Source: a virus
DNA length: 64,000 nt
IMG/VR virus record: IMGVR_UViG_3300050120_000074
Coordinates: 1-64,000 of that record
Reading direction: 5' to 3' (one strand)
Part shown: in pieces, positions 1 through 9,188 of the stretch
Position numbering within the stretch: the stretch's first letter is position 1
Layout of the letters: every line of letters begins with the position of its first letter
Made by a program: the position numbers and the translations under genes
The notes under the pieces: generated by a model
Database searches by the model: none
What the model saw: the letters and a program-made list of their open reading frames with translations, nothing else
Told to the model about the DNA's origin: nothing

Positions 1-68
1 TAATAATTTAACGCATGGTATAGTCGCTGCACACACACCAAACCGTACGTTTCCGAAGGACAGGGACC

Positions 69-545
69 ATGGAAGACAACCGAATCAAGCGACTGCGCCA
101 ATGGATCGGCGAATACAACGGATCTATCGCCGATTTCTGCCGCGCATACAGCCTGCCGCCATCCAAGGCCAGCTACCTATCGCAGGTTTTGGGCGGTCAT
201 CGGCCCCTGGGCGAGCGCGCAGCTCGAACCCTGGAAGCAGAATGTGGGCGCCCATCAAAATGGTTGGATATTGACGACAGTGAGACAAAAGGTTTGCGGT
301 ACGATGTGCACCGCTGCAACCAACTGGGTAAAGATGACCGAGATCTGATCGAAGGTTTTATAGAATTTGTGTTGAAGCGCTCAGAGAAACGCGCGGATGG
401 AAATCGTCTGAACATTGAAGAACGATTAGAACCGCTGGCCCCTGCAAAGGGCTCGCAGCGCAAGACCGTATCGAGAAAGTCGTCAGGCCACTCCAGCCTG
501 AATCTACAAACGAGGGCAGCACGCAAATCGAAGAGAGCTGCGTAG
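69..545 (+). CDS. CI/Cro-type HTH DNA-binding protein (phage repressor N-terminal-like)
   Basis: AAGGA about 8 nt upstream of the ATG. N-terminus RIKRLRQWIGEYNGSIADFCRAYSLPPSKASYLSQVLGGHRPLGERAARTLEAECG resembles a phage CI-type HTH. No S24 peptidase domain. Confidence 0.6.
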   Translation: MEDNRIKRLRQWIGEYNGSIADFCRAYSLPPSKASYLSQVLGGHRPLGERAARTLEAECGRPSKWLDIDDSETKGLRYDVHRCNQLGKDDRDLIEGFIEFVLKRSEKRADGNRLNIEERLEPLAPAKGSQRKTVSRKSSGHSSLNLQTRAARKSKRAA

Positions 546-551
546 CAGTCA

Positions 552-854
552 ATGGTTACCGAGGCCATAGTGAGAGCACGAAGCAATGTTTTACCGTTCA
601 CCCAAAACGGCCCCCTTTCCCCACGGCAAATTTTGGTGAAGCGACGGCTAAGGGATAGGGTAGATGGGGGGGTTGATGAGATCCCTGTCTCGTACGTCGC
701 TGTTCTCGCCATGCCAAATAACGAAGTCGAGCTGTCTGTCGCCGAGGTAGAACCCGATGAGGTGCCTGGGCTGCTGCGCGGACTGAGGGAGATTGCCGAC
801 CACCTTGAGCGCTACCTTGCAACCTCGCGGAGCCGTCGTTTAGCTCGGCTTTGA
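552..854 (+). CDS. Small hypothetical protein (start uncertain, alternative ATG at 711)
   Basis: ORF followed directly by an intrinsic terminator. No convincing RBS at either start. Confidence 0.3.
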   Translation: MVTEAIVRARSNVLPFTQNGPLSPRQILVKRRLRDRVDGGVDEIPVSYVAVLAMPNNEVELSVAEVEPDEVPGLLRGLREIADHLERYLATSRSRRLARL

Positions 855-874
855 TTCGCGGACATCCATAAATC

Positions 875-899
875 AGGCCTCAGAACGGGGCCTTTTTTT
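875..899 (+). terminator. Rho-independent terminator
   Basis: AGGCC-loop-GGCCT hairpin followed by T7 (aggcctcagaacggggccttttttt). Confidence 0.6.
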
Positions 900-906
900 C
901 GGTCTT

Positions 907-954
907 ATAAGTTACGTTTCGCTTGTATTTATCATAACTGCTTGCTAAGTTACG
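907..954 (+). promoter_or_regulatory. Direct repeats TAAGTTACG (x2) flanking an AT-rich putative promoter for the recombination operon
   Basis: taagttacg at about 908-916 and 946-954. TTGTAT-N17-TAAGTT spacing is possible. Located between the terminator and the next CDS. Confidence 0.35.
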
Positions 955-1014
955 CCCCGACAGACGCCGAGAATGCTTGGCATCAAACGATCAATGAAAC
1001 TGGAGCGCAATCGC

Positions 1015-2181
1015 ATGGCACGTAAGTCACCCGCTGAAAATCTCGCAAATGAATTGCCTGAAGGCGAGCATCAAGAAACGATCCCGCTGGGTCTCGAAGG
1101 CGTCACTGAGCAGTCCGAACTGGTGGTACAAAACCCGGCTACCGATATCGCTGAATATCAGCCGCATGAAGAGCAGATCGTGCGACTGGAGACGACCTAC
1201 GCGAAGCTCGTTGTCGATTGCTCGACGACTGAAGGCTACGAGAGCGCCAAGGAAGTGCGCGTCGATATCCGTGGCGTGCGTTATGCCCTGGCAAATACCA
1301 CCAAGACTGCGTTGGTGCCATACCAGCAGGCGGTTAAAGATGCTCAGGCCCGGGTCAATCAGGTCAAAGAGTTCGGCGAGGCGCTGAAGGCGCGCGTGCT
1401 GGTGCTCGAAGAGCCAATCGACGAAGCGATCAAGGCGGAAGAAAAGCACGTTGCTGACGCCAAGGCCGAGCGCGAGCGTATCGAGCGTGAGCGTATCGAC
1501 GCCATTCAAGCAAAAATCACTCGCTTCCGCAGCGTGGCAGCAGCCTACGCCAGTCGAAGCGCCGAAGACATCGCTACCGTCCTGGAAGGCGTCAAGGTCT
1601 CGGTGATCCTGTTCGAGGAATATGCCGAGTTCGAAGCCGATGGCACAATTGCCCGCGACAACGCCATCGAACAGTTGGAAACGTTGCACAAGGGCGCCGT
1701 CGAACGTGAGAATGCCGCCGCTCTGCTGGAGGCACAGCAGAAGGAACTCGAAGAGCTGCGCAAGAAGCAGCGTATTGCTGATGAGCAGGCTGAGACGGAT
1801 CGCAAGCACAGAGCCGCCGAAGACCAGAAGCGTCTCGACGATGCTCAAGCAGAACTCACTCGCCAGCGCGAGCAACTGCAACGTGATCAAGATGCCCAGC
1901 GTAAAAAGGACGAACAGTACCAGCGCGATCAGGAAGAGCTGGCTCGCCTGCGTGCTGCCGCTTCCGCACCCGCTCCGGTTGCCGCCATCGCTATCCAGGC
2001 TGCCGATCCTGTTGCAGTTGTGCCGGTTGAGGTCTCCGCTGTCGCCGCCCACTCGGCACCTGAAGCTGATGATGTAACTACCCTGGCGCCCCTAGTGGAC
2101 GATATCGTTGAAGCCGTCGCGCTGAGCTTCGACGTAGACCTCGAAACCTCCCGTGCGTGGCTGCGCGCTATGCAGTTCTAA
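1015..2181 (+). CDS. Coiled-coil phage protein, DUF1351-like, upstream of the annealase
   Basis: GGAG 9 nt before the ATG at 1015 (longer ORF from 973). Long E/K/R/Q coiled-coil centre. The position upstream of recT is typical of DUF1351 proteins (recollection). Confidence 0.55.
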   Translation: MARKSPAENLANELPEGEHQETIPLGLEGVTEQSELVVQNPATDIAEYQPHEEQIVRLETTYAKLVVDCSTTEGYESAKEVRVDIRGVRYALANTTKTALVPYQQAVKDAQARVNQVKEFGEALKARVLVLEEPIDEAIKAEEKHVADAKAERERIERERIDAIQAKITRFRSVAAAYASRSAEDIATVLEGVKVSVILFEEYAEFEADGTIARDNAIEQLETLHKGAVERENAAALLEAQQKELEELRKKQRIADEQAETDRKHRAAEDQKRLDDAQAELTRQREQLQRDQDAQRKKDEQYQRDQEELARLRAAASAPAPVAAIAIQAADPVAVVPVEVSAVAAHSAPEADDVTTLAPLVDDIVEAVALSFDVDLETSRAWLRAMQF

Positions 2182-2234
2182 ACACCAATTCCATCTGAGT
2201 GCCGACCTGCAAACGGTCGGACACGGAGAGCGCA

Positions 2235-3224
2235 ATGAGCGACACCGAAACCCAAGTTCAAAACAGTTTGGCAACCATCGACCCATCCCATAACGCAGCG
2301 GCGCTCATCCTCGACCAGGGGACGATGAAGTCGATGACTGAACTCGCCACGATGATGTCGAAGGGCGTAGCAAGCGTTCCTAAGCATCTGCGCGGGAATC
2401 AGGCCGACTGCATGGCGGTGGTTCTGCAAGCCATGCAATGGCAGATGAATCCCTTCGCCGTGGCTCAGAAAACCTTCATCATCAACGGTGGCGCATTGAG
2501 CTATGAGGCTCAGCTCGTCAATGCGGTGATCATCTCGAAGGCCCCGGTCAAGGGTCGCCTGAATTTCGAATGGTTCGGCAACTGGGAAAACGTCATCGGG
2601 AAGATGCGCGAAGTCACCAGCAAGACCAAGAAGGATGAGGATACCGGGGAGCCCAAGAAATACCGTGTTCCAGACTGGAGCTTTGAAGATGAGAAGGGCC
2701 TCGGGATCAAGGTCTGGGCAACCTTCAGAGGCGAGGATGAGCCTCGCATGCTGGAACTGTTGCTCACCCAGGTTCGCACGCGAAATTCGACGCTCTGGGC
2801 TGAAGACCCGAAACAGCAGATCGCGTATCTGGTGACAAAGAAGTGGGCTCGCCTCTTCTGCCCGGACGTTATCCTCGGTGTGTACACCCCCGACGAGTTC
2901 GAGGACTCCTATGGCAGCGAGCGCGATATCACCCCCGCCAAGCAGGCCGCGAACACCGCAGCCGTCGCCAGCGTTTCGTTCGGGCCTAAGTCGCCGTCGC
3001 CGGAGATCGATAGCGTATTCGCCGAGCTTCTGGCCGCAGCCAAGACTCAGAACATCGAAACCTATGCAGCCGCCTGGGCCAAGCTCGCGCGTAAGCAACG
3101 AGCCGCTATCGGCATCGAGTGTCATGAGGCCCTGAAGAACCTGGCAGCCACTGTAGACGCAGACTTCACGGAAATCCCGGATAAACGTGATGATCAGCCA
3201 GCCGCTGAAGGGGCCGAGCAGTAA
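2235..3224 (+). CDS. recT: RecT/Red-beta family single-strand annealing protein
   Basis: GGAGAG RBS. Motifs ADCMAVVLQAMQWQMNPF and STLWAEDPKQQIAYLVTKKWARLFCPDV parallel Red-beta/RecT. TAATG overlap with the exonuclease gene. Confidence 0.8.
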   Translation: MSDTETQVQNSLATIDPSHNAAALILDQGTMKSMTELATMMSKGVASVPKHLRGNQADCMAVVLQAMQWQMNPFAVAQKTFIINGGALSYEAQLVNAVIISKAPVKGRLNFEWFGNWENVIGKMREVTSKTKKDEDTGEPKKYRVPDWSFEDEKGLGIKVWATFRGEDEPRMLELLLTQVRTRNSTLWAEDPKQQIAYLVTKKWARLFCPDVILGVYTPDEFEDSYGSERDITPAKQAANTAAVASVSFGPKSPSPEIDSVFAELLAAAKTQNIETYAAAWAKLARKQRAAIGIECHEALKNLAATVDADFTEIPDKRDDQPAAEGAEQ

Positions 3225-3886
3225 TGGCCGAGCAGCTTCAAGGCACCGAAGCATGGCATGCCGACAGAAGTGGCCGACTGACCGCGAGTCGATTCAAAGA
3301 TGTTCTAGCGTGGGGAAAACCTGACAAGCACGGTAAGCGGGAGCCTCAAGGCGCTCGCACTACGTACATGCTTGAGCTGTGCTTTGAGCGGCTGGCAAAG
3401 CGCGCCAAGCACAGCGTCAGCAGCAAGTCGATGGCGTGGGGGCATGAGCAAGAAAAGCCCTCTCACGACGCGTACGAGATGCAGACTGGCAACGTCGTGA
3501 CTAAGTCCGGCTTCATCGTTCACCCGAAGTACGACTGGCTCGGATGCTCGCCTGATGGCCTGATCGACGTCGATGGCGGCATTGAATCGAAGAACCCATT
3601 CAGTGAGGCAGTTCATGTCCGCACCTGGCTCGAAGGCATGCCCGAGGAACACATGCCGCAGGTCCAGGGCTGCATGTTCGTCACGGGACGGAAATGGTGG
3701 GATTTCTTGTCGTTCGATTCGCGTCAAGATGAAGAATGTCAGTTGTACATCGAGACTATTCCGCGCGACGAAGCCTATATCGCCAACCTGCACCGTGAGC
3801 TTATTCAGTTCAATCTGGAACTGAACCGGATGGTTGACGAAGTTGCAGATAAGGCGCGGGCTCAAGCTCAGCGGCTCGGCGCGTAA
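3224..3886 (+). CDS. YqaJ / lambda-Exo-like recombination exonuclease
   Basis: N-terminus [23 protein letters not shown] is the YqaJ signature. Paired with the annealase. Confidence 0.85.
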   Translation: MAEQLQGTEAWHADRSGRLTASRFKDVLAWGKPDKHGKREPQGARTTYMLELCFERLAKRAKHSVSSKSMAWGHEQEKPSHDAYEMQTGNVVTKSGFIVHPKYDWLGCSPDGLIDVDGGIESKNPFSEAVHVRTWLEGMPEEHMPQVQGCMFVTGRKWWDFLSFDSRQDEECQLYIETIPRDEAYIANLHRELIQFNLELNRMVDEVADKARAQAQRLGA

Positions 3887-3926
3887 ATTAATCACCGCTC
3901 TGGCGGAAATAAAAGAGGGACGAGCC

Positions 3927-4460
3927 ATGGCTCGCGGTATCAATAAAGTCATCCTTGTCGTGACAATTGGGCAAGATCCTGAAGTACGTTTTTTCCCTGA
4001 CGGTACTGCGGTCTGCAATCTCAGCGGAGCCACCAACGAATCGTGGACAGACAAACAGACCGGGCAGAAGGTCGAGCGCTCTGAATGGCATCGTATCTCC
4101 CTCATCGGCAAGATCGCCGAGATAGCTGGCGAGTACGTTCGCAAGGGTTCGCAAGTCTACTTTGAAGGGAAGCTCAGGACGCGCGAATACGAAAAAGATG
4201 GTGCGAAGCATTACACGACCGAAGTGCTCGTGGACATGAAGGGGACTATGCAGTTGCTCGGGGGCGCACCGAAGGATGGTGATCAGCGCCAGCAACACCC
4301 ACAGGCTGGTGCGGCGCGTCAGGCTGCCCCACGCCAGAACAATCAGCAGCAACGACCTCAGCAAGCTCGCCAGCAGAATCAAGGTGGCGCTCTTCCTGAC
4401 TTCGATTCTTTCGATGACGACATTCCGTTCTCTCCTATGCACCACTTGGTCGGGGCATGA
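3927..4460 (+). CDS. ssb: Single-stranded DNA-binding protein
   Basis: [31 protein letters not shown]-fold N-terminus, Q/P-rich linker, acidic tip [22 protein letters not shown]. Confidence 0.9.
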   Translation: MARGINKVILVVTIGQDPEVRFFPDGTAVCNLSGATNESWTDKQTGQKVERSEWHRISLIGKIAEIAGEYVRKGSQVYFEGKLRTREYEKDGAKHYTTEVLVDMKGTMQLLGGAPKDGDQRQQHPQAGAARQAAPRQNNQQQRPQQARQQNQGGALPDFDSFDDDIPFSPMHHLVGA

Positions 4461-4463
4461 TCT

Positions 4464-4985
4464 ATGGAAGCGGTAGATCCCCCGGTAGAGCTACAGACCC
4501 ACTTCAAGGCTCACGTCGGTAACAAGCCAGAAGACCGCGCTATTACTCGCGAATGGCTAGCCCAGGCAATGGCCGGAACCTATATCGAAGTGGTTGAAGG
4601 CTTCAAGGCGATCAAGCCAAAAGACCCGCGAAAAGAACCCACGGAAGAGAAGAAAGCCAGCATGACATTACCGCAATCGACACCACGCAACCCCAATACC
4701 CTGCTGATGATTGACGTCCTGAAGGTCATCGGCAGCAATGCAAATCTGAGCGAAGCCATGGGCGCGCCGTGCGACTGGAAGATCATGGTTCCGGCTCGCA
4801 AGACTGCCCAGGTACGTGAGCTGATGCACTACTGGCCTCTGATCAAGAAGATCCGCAGCAATCACGATAACGGTCGCACCGTCGAGCACTTCGCCGAGAA
4901 GTACGGCTACGACATCGACTATGTCCAAGACCTTTGTGACAAGTTCAACGTTCTGAAGCATATCGAGGTGGCCCATGTGGTTTAA
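4464..4985 (+). CDS. Hypothetical early protein
   Basis: ORF tightly packed between ssb and rdgC. No recognised motif. Confidence 0.5.
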   Translation: MEAVDPPVELQTHFKAHVGNKPEDRAITREWLAQAMAGTYIEVVEGFKAIKPKDPRKEPTEEKKASMTLPQSTPRNPNTLLMIDVLKVIGSNANLSEAMGAPCDWKIMVPARKTAQVRELMHYWPLIKKIRSNHDNGRTVEHFAEKYGYDIDYVQDLCDKFNVLKHIEVAHVV

Positions 4986-6177
4986 GAATTTGCAGGTGTA
5001 CCGGCTGACACAGCAGATCGACTTTGACGAAGCCGAGGTGGAAGCTGCGCTCGGCACGAAGCGTACGCGCCCGTGCGGCAGCCAGGAGATGTCCACGTAT
5101 GGGTTCATGCCGCCAGTGCTGAAGGGTGACGAAGCACCTCTTATGCACATCGTGGGCGGCTATATCCATATCATGACGAAGAAAATCGAGAAGATGATCC
5201 CGGGTTCGGTGATCAAGGATGCTGTGACGGAGAAGGTTGCCGAGATCGAGTTCCGCGAACAGCGCAAGGTCTACAAGAAAGAACGTGACCAGATCAAGGA
5301 CGAGATCATCCAGGCCGCGCTGCCGAGGGCTTTTACGAAGTTCAAGATCACGCACGCGCTGATCATGCCAAAGCAGCGCCTGATCATCGTTGACGCCAGC
5401 AGCCCAAGCCATGCCGAAGATCTGCTGAGCACGCTGCGCAAATGCCTTGGGACGCTGCCCGTGCGCCCGATGACTGTCAAGATCGCCCCGGCTGCTGTGA
5501 TGACCGAATGGGTCAGGAGTCAAGAATCAGCGCCCGACTTCTACATCCTCGACGAATGCATCCTGCGCGATATCCAGGAAGGCGGCGGATCGATCACAGC
5601 CAAGGCTCAAGATCTCACGTCCGACGAGATAAAACTGTGCATCGAGAGTGGCAAGCTGACCACTCAGCTCTCGCTGGCCTGGAAGGACAAGCTCTCGTTT
5701 GTGCTGAATGATCAGCTCCAGGTGCGGCGCCTGAAGTTCGATGACCTGTTGCAGGATCGGGCCGAACAGGATGGCGGTGACGACGCTCGTGGGCAGCTCG
5801 ATGCAGCCATGTTAATCATGGGCGGAACGTTCGCCGAATTCATCCCGGCGCTTGCTGAAGCAATGGGCGGCGAAGAGTTCCCCGAGGGCCTTGGTGCAGA
5901 TACGCTTCCAGAGTCAACCCTGACTGCCCTCGCCAATATCCCAGGCGTTGAGGTGATCTCCGCGCCCGAGCCATTCCATGGAGAAGCAGGCAATGACCCT
6001 CTTTATGCAGAAGCGGTCGGCCATGTGCGAGAAACCAAGCGCGCTTCGATTTCATCTGTCCAGCGCAAGCTGAAGATCGGCTACAACCGGGCGGCCCGCA
6101 TGATCGAACAGATGGAGATTGATGCCGTCATCACACCGATGAATACCAACGGAAACCGCGAAATTATCGCCCAATAA
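4975..6177 (+). CDS. rdgC: RdgC-like recombination-associated protein fused to a C-terminal FtsK-gamma winged-helix domain
   Basis: [11 protein letters not shown]...[12 protein letters not shown] matches the RdgC N-terminus. C-terminus [56 protein letters not shown] matches FtsK gamma. Confidence 0.85.
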   Translation: MWFKNLQVYRLTQQIDFDEAEVEAALGTKRTRPCGSQEMSTYGFMPPVLKGDEAPLMHIVGGYIHIMTKKIEKMIPGSVIKDAVTEKVAEIEFREQRKVYKKERDQIKDEIIQAALPRAFTKFKITHALIMPKQRLIIVDASSPSHAEDLLSTLRKCLGTLPVRPMTVKIAPAAVMTEWVRSQESAPDFYILDECILRDIQEGGGSITAKAQDLTSDEIKLCIESGKLTTQLSLAWKDKLSFVLNDQLQVRRLKFDDLLQDRAEQDGGDDARGQLDAAMLIMGGTFAEFIPALAEAMGGEEFPEGLGADTLPESTLTALANIPGVEVISAPEPFHGEAGNDPLYAEAVGHVRETKRASISSVQRKLKIGYNRAARMIEQMEIDAVITPMNTNGNREIIAQ

Positions 6178-6193
6178 CTCAAGGAATCACCGA

Positions 6194-6607
6194 ATGCCGC
6201 GTTACAGCGTATTGCTCGAAGCCACTGGCAAAGAGCTGCCCATGCTCCACAAACAACAAGCCGAAAACTACGTCATCTTCTTGCAGCAGGTGAACCCAGT
6301 CGGCAGCCACGGCACCGTCATCGAATCGCAGATGCCGGAACTCGAATTCATGCGCGGCCTGATCCAGACCTTGGCAGCAATGCTCGGCAAAGAGCAGAAC
6401 GATCACGAAAAACACATGGAGATGATGCGGCGCGACAGCTCTCTTCTCTATGGAGCAATCGATTTGCTCAAGAATCTCGGCAAGAAGCACCGCATCAATC
6501 AGAAGTGGAGAAATCGTGCGGAAACGATCATCGGCCTGCACGCGTCCACCCAGCAACAGCCACAGGAACAATCGGGAGAACAAGATGAAAAATCTGACGC
6601 AGAATGA
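6194..6607 (+). CDS. Hypothetical protein
   Basis: ORF in the operon. No motif recognised. Confidence 0.45.
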   Translation: MPRYSVLLEATGKELPMLHKQQAENYVIFLQQVNPVGSHGTVIESQMPELEFMRGLIQTLAAMLGKEQNDHEKHMEMMRRDSSLLYGAIDLLKNLGKKHRINQKWRNRAETIIGLHASTQQQPQEQSGEQDEKSDAE

Positions 6608-6740
6608 TCTGTCCGGGCTCGAAAAGGCCAAGGAAGCGCTTACCACTTCTGGCCGACCTGGCGCAGCTGCCGTGGTCGATGAAATGATTCGCCGGATCAC
6701 CAAGCAAGAACCGGCCAAGGCGCAAGGAGCAACACAGTGA
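6585..6740 (+). CDS. Small hypothetical protein (51 aa)
   Basis: Internal ATG with GGAGAACAAG upstream. The longer track ORF (6450) overlaps the previous gene. Confidence 0.35.
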   Translation: MKNLTQNDLSGLEKAKEALTTSGRPGAAAVVDEMIRRITKQEPAKAQGATQ

Positions 6741-7039
6741 TCGCCATCGTTATTGCTTTTGTCTTGGCCGCTGGACTGCTGTACCTGATGCATGGATCGA
6801 TCAAGTTAGGCGGACCAATCAATCGCCGAGCCGCTATCATCTTCGGCGTAGCAGCTGCAACCGTCCTGATCAGCGGAGCTCTCATGTACCCGGCCTGCAA
6901 CGTTTGGCAGGCTGGTCGCGCCGCTGACGCAAAGGTGCGGGCCGCAGAGGGTGAAGCTGACTCGATCAAGGTGCTTACCGGCGCACTGGGGGGAACCGAG
7001 AACTATCTGAACTACCTGAAGGCCCGGAGCGACAAATGA
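6737..7039 (+). CDS. Small membrane protein
   Basis: GTG start overlapping the previous stop. Two hydrophobic helices (IAIVIAFVLAAGLLYL, AAIIFGVAAATVLISGALM). Confidence 0.5.
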   Translation: MIAIVIAFVLAAGLLYLMHGSIKLGGPINRRAAIIFGVAAATVLISGALMYPACNVWQAGRAADAKVRAAEGEADSIKVLTGALGGTENYLNYLKARSDK

Positions 7040-7299
7040 GCGAAGCCACTCTCGTCGATAGGCTGGATAGCCTGATCAATGTGCTGCAAGCCAATAGCAT
7101 CCCGCTTGAATCCAGGTGGGTCGATGTAGACGGTATCGGCGCTATCCTGGGCTTCAGCCGGAACTATGTGCAGAACAAGATCACGGTTCGCCCCGACTTT
7201 CCTAGGCCAATGCGTCTCGGGGATAAAGGGCATCCCCGCTGGTCAGCCCAGGAAATTCAAGCCTGGGCCAAGCTTCAGCAGGATGCTCCAGCGCACTAA
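7036..7299 (+). CDS. xis: Excisionase / AlpA-like DNA-binding protein
   Basis: ATGA coupling. VDVDGIGAILGFSRNYVQNKITVRPDFPRPMRLG...RWSAQEIQAW fits the AlpA/Xis HTH pattern. Adjacent to int. Confidence 0.65.
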   Translation: MSEATLVDRLDSLINVLQANSIPLESRWVDVDGIGAILGFSRNYVQNKITVRPDFPRPMRLGDKGHPRWSAQEIQAWAKLQQDAPAH

Positions 7300-8285
7300 T
7301 CCAGACGGGCGGCGATAGTTGCCGCCTCTTCTCTGAAGTAAATCATAAGGCTCCTGGGATCGCGGTGGCCGATCATCTTGGCCAGTTCCAGAACATCCAG
7401 CTTGCGGGCCAGGCGCGTCAGTGCCGTCGCACGCAGATCGTGGAAGTGCAGGTTGCTCAGCTTGATCCGGTGCTTGGCCTTGCGGAACAGCGCATCAGCT
7501 GACGACTGAGAAACCTTGAATACCTTGTCGCCCCTTCCCCGCATCAGATCCAGAATCTCAATGGCTCGCTTCGACAGCGGCACCTCCCTTCGATCCAGAT
7601 TCTTCGTGGTGCCGTCCAGCAGCTCGATGTAACGCTTTCCCGCATGAACCCGAGCCCATTCCAAGCCGAACAGCTCACCGGCCCGCATAGCCGTCTCCAG
7701 GGCTAGCAGCATCGCCAGCGCAACGTCATGCTGCATCGTCTCCGGCCTACCTCCGAAATAGCCAAGCGCCTCGCAAAGCCGCTGGGTCTCGTCGTCGCTG
7801 ATAATACGGGTGCGCGGGCGCGCCTCGGGCGGCTTGCTGACGTCGTCCATCGGGTTGACCTTCAGCCAGCGCCACTCCTTGCGAGCGATCTCGAACACGG
7901 CTCGAAGCAGGTTCATGTCGCGGCGGACACTGGTGCCCTTCACCTGCTTGAGGCGCTGATCACGCCAATTGGCGATTTCCTCGGGCTGGATGTAGGCGAT
8001 GGGGCGCTCGACGAAGGGAAGCTCGCGCATGAAGCGCTTGAGGCGCACTTGCTCCCAGCGGTAGCCTCGGCGCCCTGGTGTAACGTTGGTGTAAAAACGA
8101 AGGAGCGCGGCGTGCATCGAGTTATTGTCGGCGGCGAAGATCGGTTGGCCGGTTTCGATTTCGGCCTCGCGCTGGTTTGCCCAGAAAATTGCTTCTGCTT
8201 TGGTCCGGAAAGTTTTTGTTGCGCGTATGCCACGCTTGAGGACCTGCGCGCGCCATTGATCGCCGCGCTTAGTGAAGGAAGCCAT
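7296..8285 (-). CDS. int: Tyrosine recombinase / phage integrase
   Basis: MASFTKRGDQWRAQV arm-binding-type N-terminus. C-terminal catalytic region HFHDLRATALTRLA...GHRDPRSLMIYF. Stop overlaps the xis stop convergently. Confidence 0.9.
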   Translation of the reverse strand: MASFTKRGDQWRAQVLKRGIRATKTFRTKAEAIFWANQREAEIETGQPIFAADNNSMHAALLRFYTNVTPGRRGYRWEQVRLKRFMRELPFVERPIAYIQPEEIANWRDQRLKQVKGTSVRRDMNLLRAVFEIARKEWRWLKVNPMDDVSKPPEARPRTRIISDDETQRLCEALGYFGGRPETMQHDVALAMLLALETAMRAGELFGLEWARVHAGKRYIELLDGTTKNLDRREVPLSKRAIEILDLMRGRGDKVFKVSQSSADALFRKAKHRIKLSNLHFHDLRATALTRLARKLDVLELAKMIGHRDPRSLMIYFREEAATIAARLD

Positions 8286-8342
8286 GCTGATTCCGTCCGT
8301 GGAATTGGTGTGATTCTTGGTGTAATGCACACCGGCTATAAG

Positions 8343-8365
8343 GTGGAAAACAGTGAATTTTCCAC
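8343..8365. repeat. Perfect 8-bp inverted repeat GTGGAAAA-N7-TTTTCCAC upstream of int
   Basis: Read directly. Lies about 60-80 nt upstream of the int start on the minus strand. Confidence 0.6.
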
Positions 8366-8568
8366 TCCATGGACGACTTCAAAACAGCCAACTTTCCCAA
8401 ACAAATCATATCCTTAGTGTAGCTTGTTGGTCATAGATGCGAATGAGAGCACTTCCTCTCTTGGGCACCATTGATTCAAGCTGGAAAAGGATTTGAGGTC
8501 TGCCTGGTGTGATTTTGGCGTTATCGAAATCATCCGGCCATGATCATAACCGCAGATCATCGAAAGAT

Positions 8569-8591
8569 GCCGCCCACGAGGCGGCTTTTTT
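8569..8591 (+). terminator. Orphan plus-strand intrinsic terminator
   Basis: GCCGCC-cacga-GGCGGC followed by T6. No plus-strand gene ends here. Confidence 0.6.
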
Positions 8592-8693
8592 CGCTTGCGC
8601 CAGGAACCAGTCTCGCTACCTCCCTAACACCCCGGATCACTCCCATCTATCAACACCCAACGTATGCCAAGAGCATGACCTAATGTAAAGCGA

Positions 8694-8713
8694 TCACACC
8701 AGTTTCACACCAG
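8694..8713. repeat. Tandem direct repeat TCACACCAG-tt-TCACACCAG
   Basis: Read directly in gatcacaccagtttcacaccagatc. Confidence 0.6.
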
Positions 8714-8722
8714 ATCCCAGGC

Positions 8723-8752
8723 ACAAAAAAACCGGCTCGAAAGCCGGTTTTT
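8723..8752 (-). terminator. Bidirectional intrinsic terminator ending the late/lysis operon
   Basis: A-run, ACCGGCT-cgaa-AGCCGGT, T-run. About 17 nt downstream of the last minus-strand CDS. Confidence 0.7.
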
Positions 8753-8768
8753 CAACCCTTCAGACCGA

Positions 8769-9176
8769 TCAGGCGCCAGTGGCTGGTGCAGCAGCTTCGG
8801 CAGCCGGAGCCTCAACAGCACCGACGACCGACTCGGCAGCTTGGGCGACGGCGGCGACTTCGGATGCCACGCCTTCGACGGCGGTGACAGCGGTAGCTGC
8901 TTCGCTGGTCGCAGCCTGCGCGGTGGCTTCGGCACCGGCCACGGCGGTGGTAGCCGATTGGGCGGCACTGTCAACAGCACTGGCAGCAGCAGCGCCAGCA
9001 ACGTCGGCGGCGAGCGACTTGGTACTGGCAACGACAGCCTGTGCGGCAGTCGCCAGGGGAACGTCTTCGCCGATGCCCAGCAGGCCGCGAACTTCGGAGA
9101 TGCCGGTTTTCAGGACTTCAGCGAAGCTGATGAAGTCTTTCAGATCGGCAATAGCGTTGGTGATATTCAGGGACAT
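8769..9176 (-). CDS. Alanine-rich low-complexity protein (terminal cargo gene)
   Basis: Amphipathic N-terminus MSLNITNAIADLKDFISFAEVLKTGISEV, then about 95 aa dominated by A/T/V/E/S. Last gene before the terminator. Confidence 0.5.
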   Translation of the reverse strand: MSLNITNAIADLKDFISFAEVLKTGISEVRGLLGIGEDVPLATAAQAVVASTKSLAADVAGAAAASAVDSAAQSATTAVAGAEATAQAATSEAATAVTAVEGVASEVAAVAQAAESVVGAVEAPAAEAAAPATGA

Positions 9177-9188
9177 GGTATTTCCTCT

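Larger units (their letters stand above)
8331..8768. other. Candidate attP / integration-regulatory region
   Basis: About 440 bp without a credible ORF, visibly AT-richer, next to int. Contains an inverted repeat, tandem 9-mers and recurrent ATCAT motifs. Confidence 0.4.

Noticed and set aside
8331-8768. tRNA or tmRNA integration target next to the integrase
   Set aside because: I scanned both strands by eye for T-arm (GTTCRANYC) and D-arm patterns and found no cloverleaf candidate. Phage genes continue on both sides, so this is not a host junction in this window.
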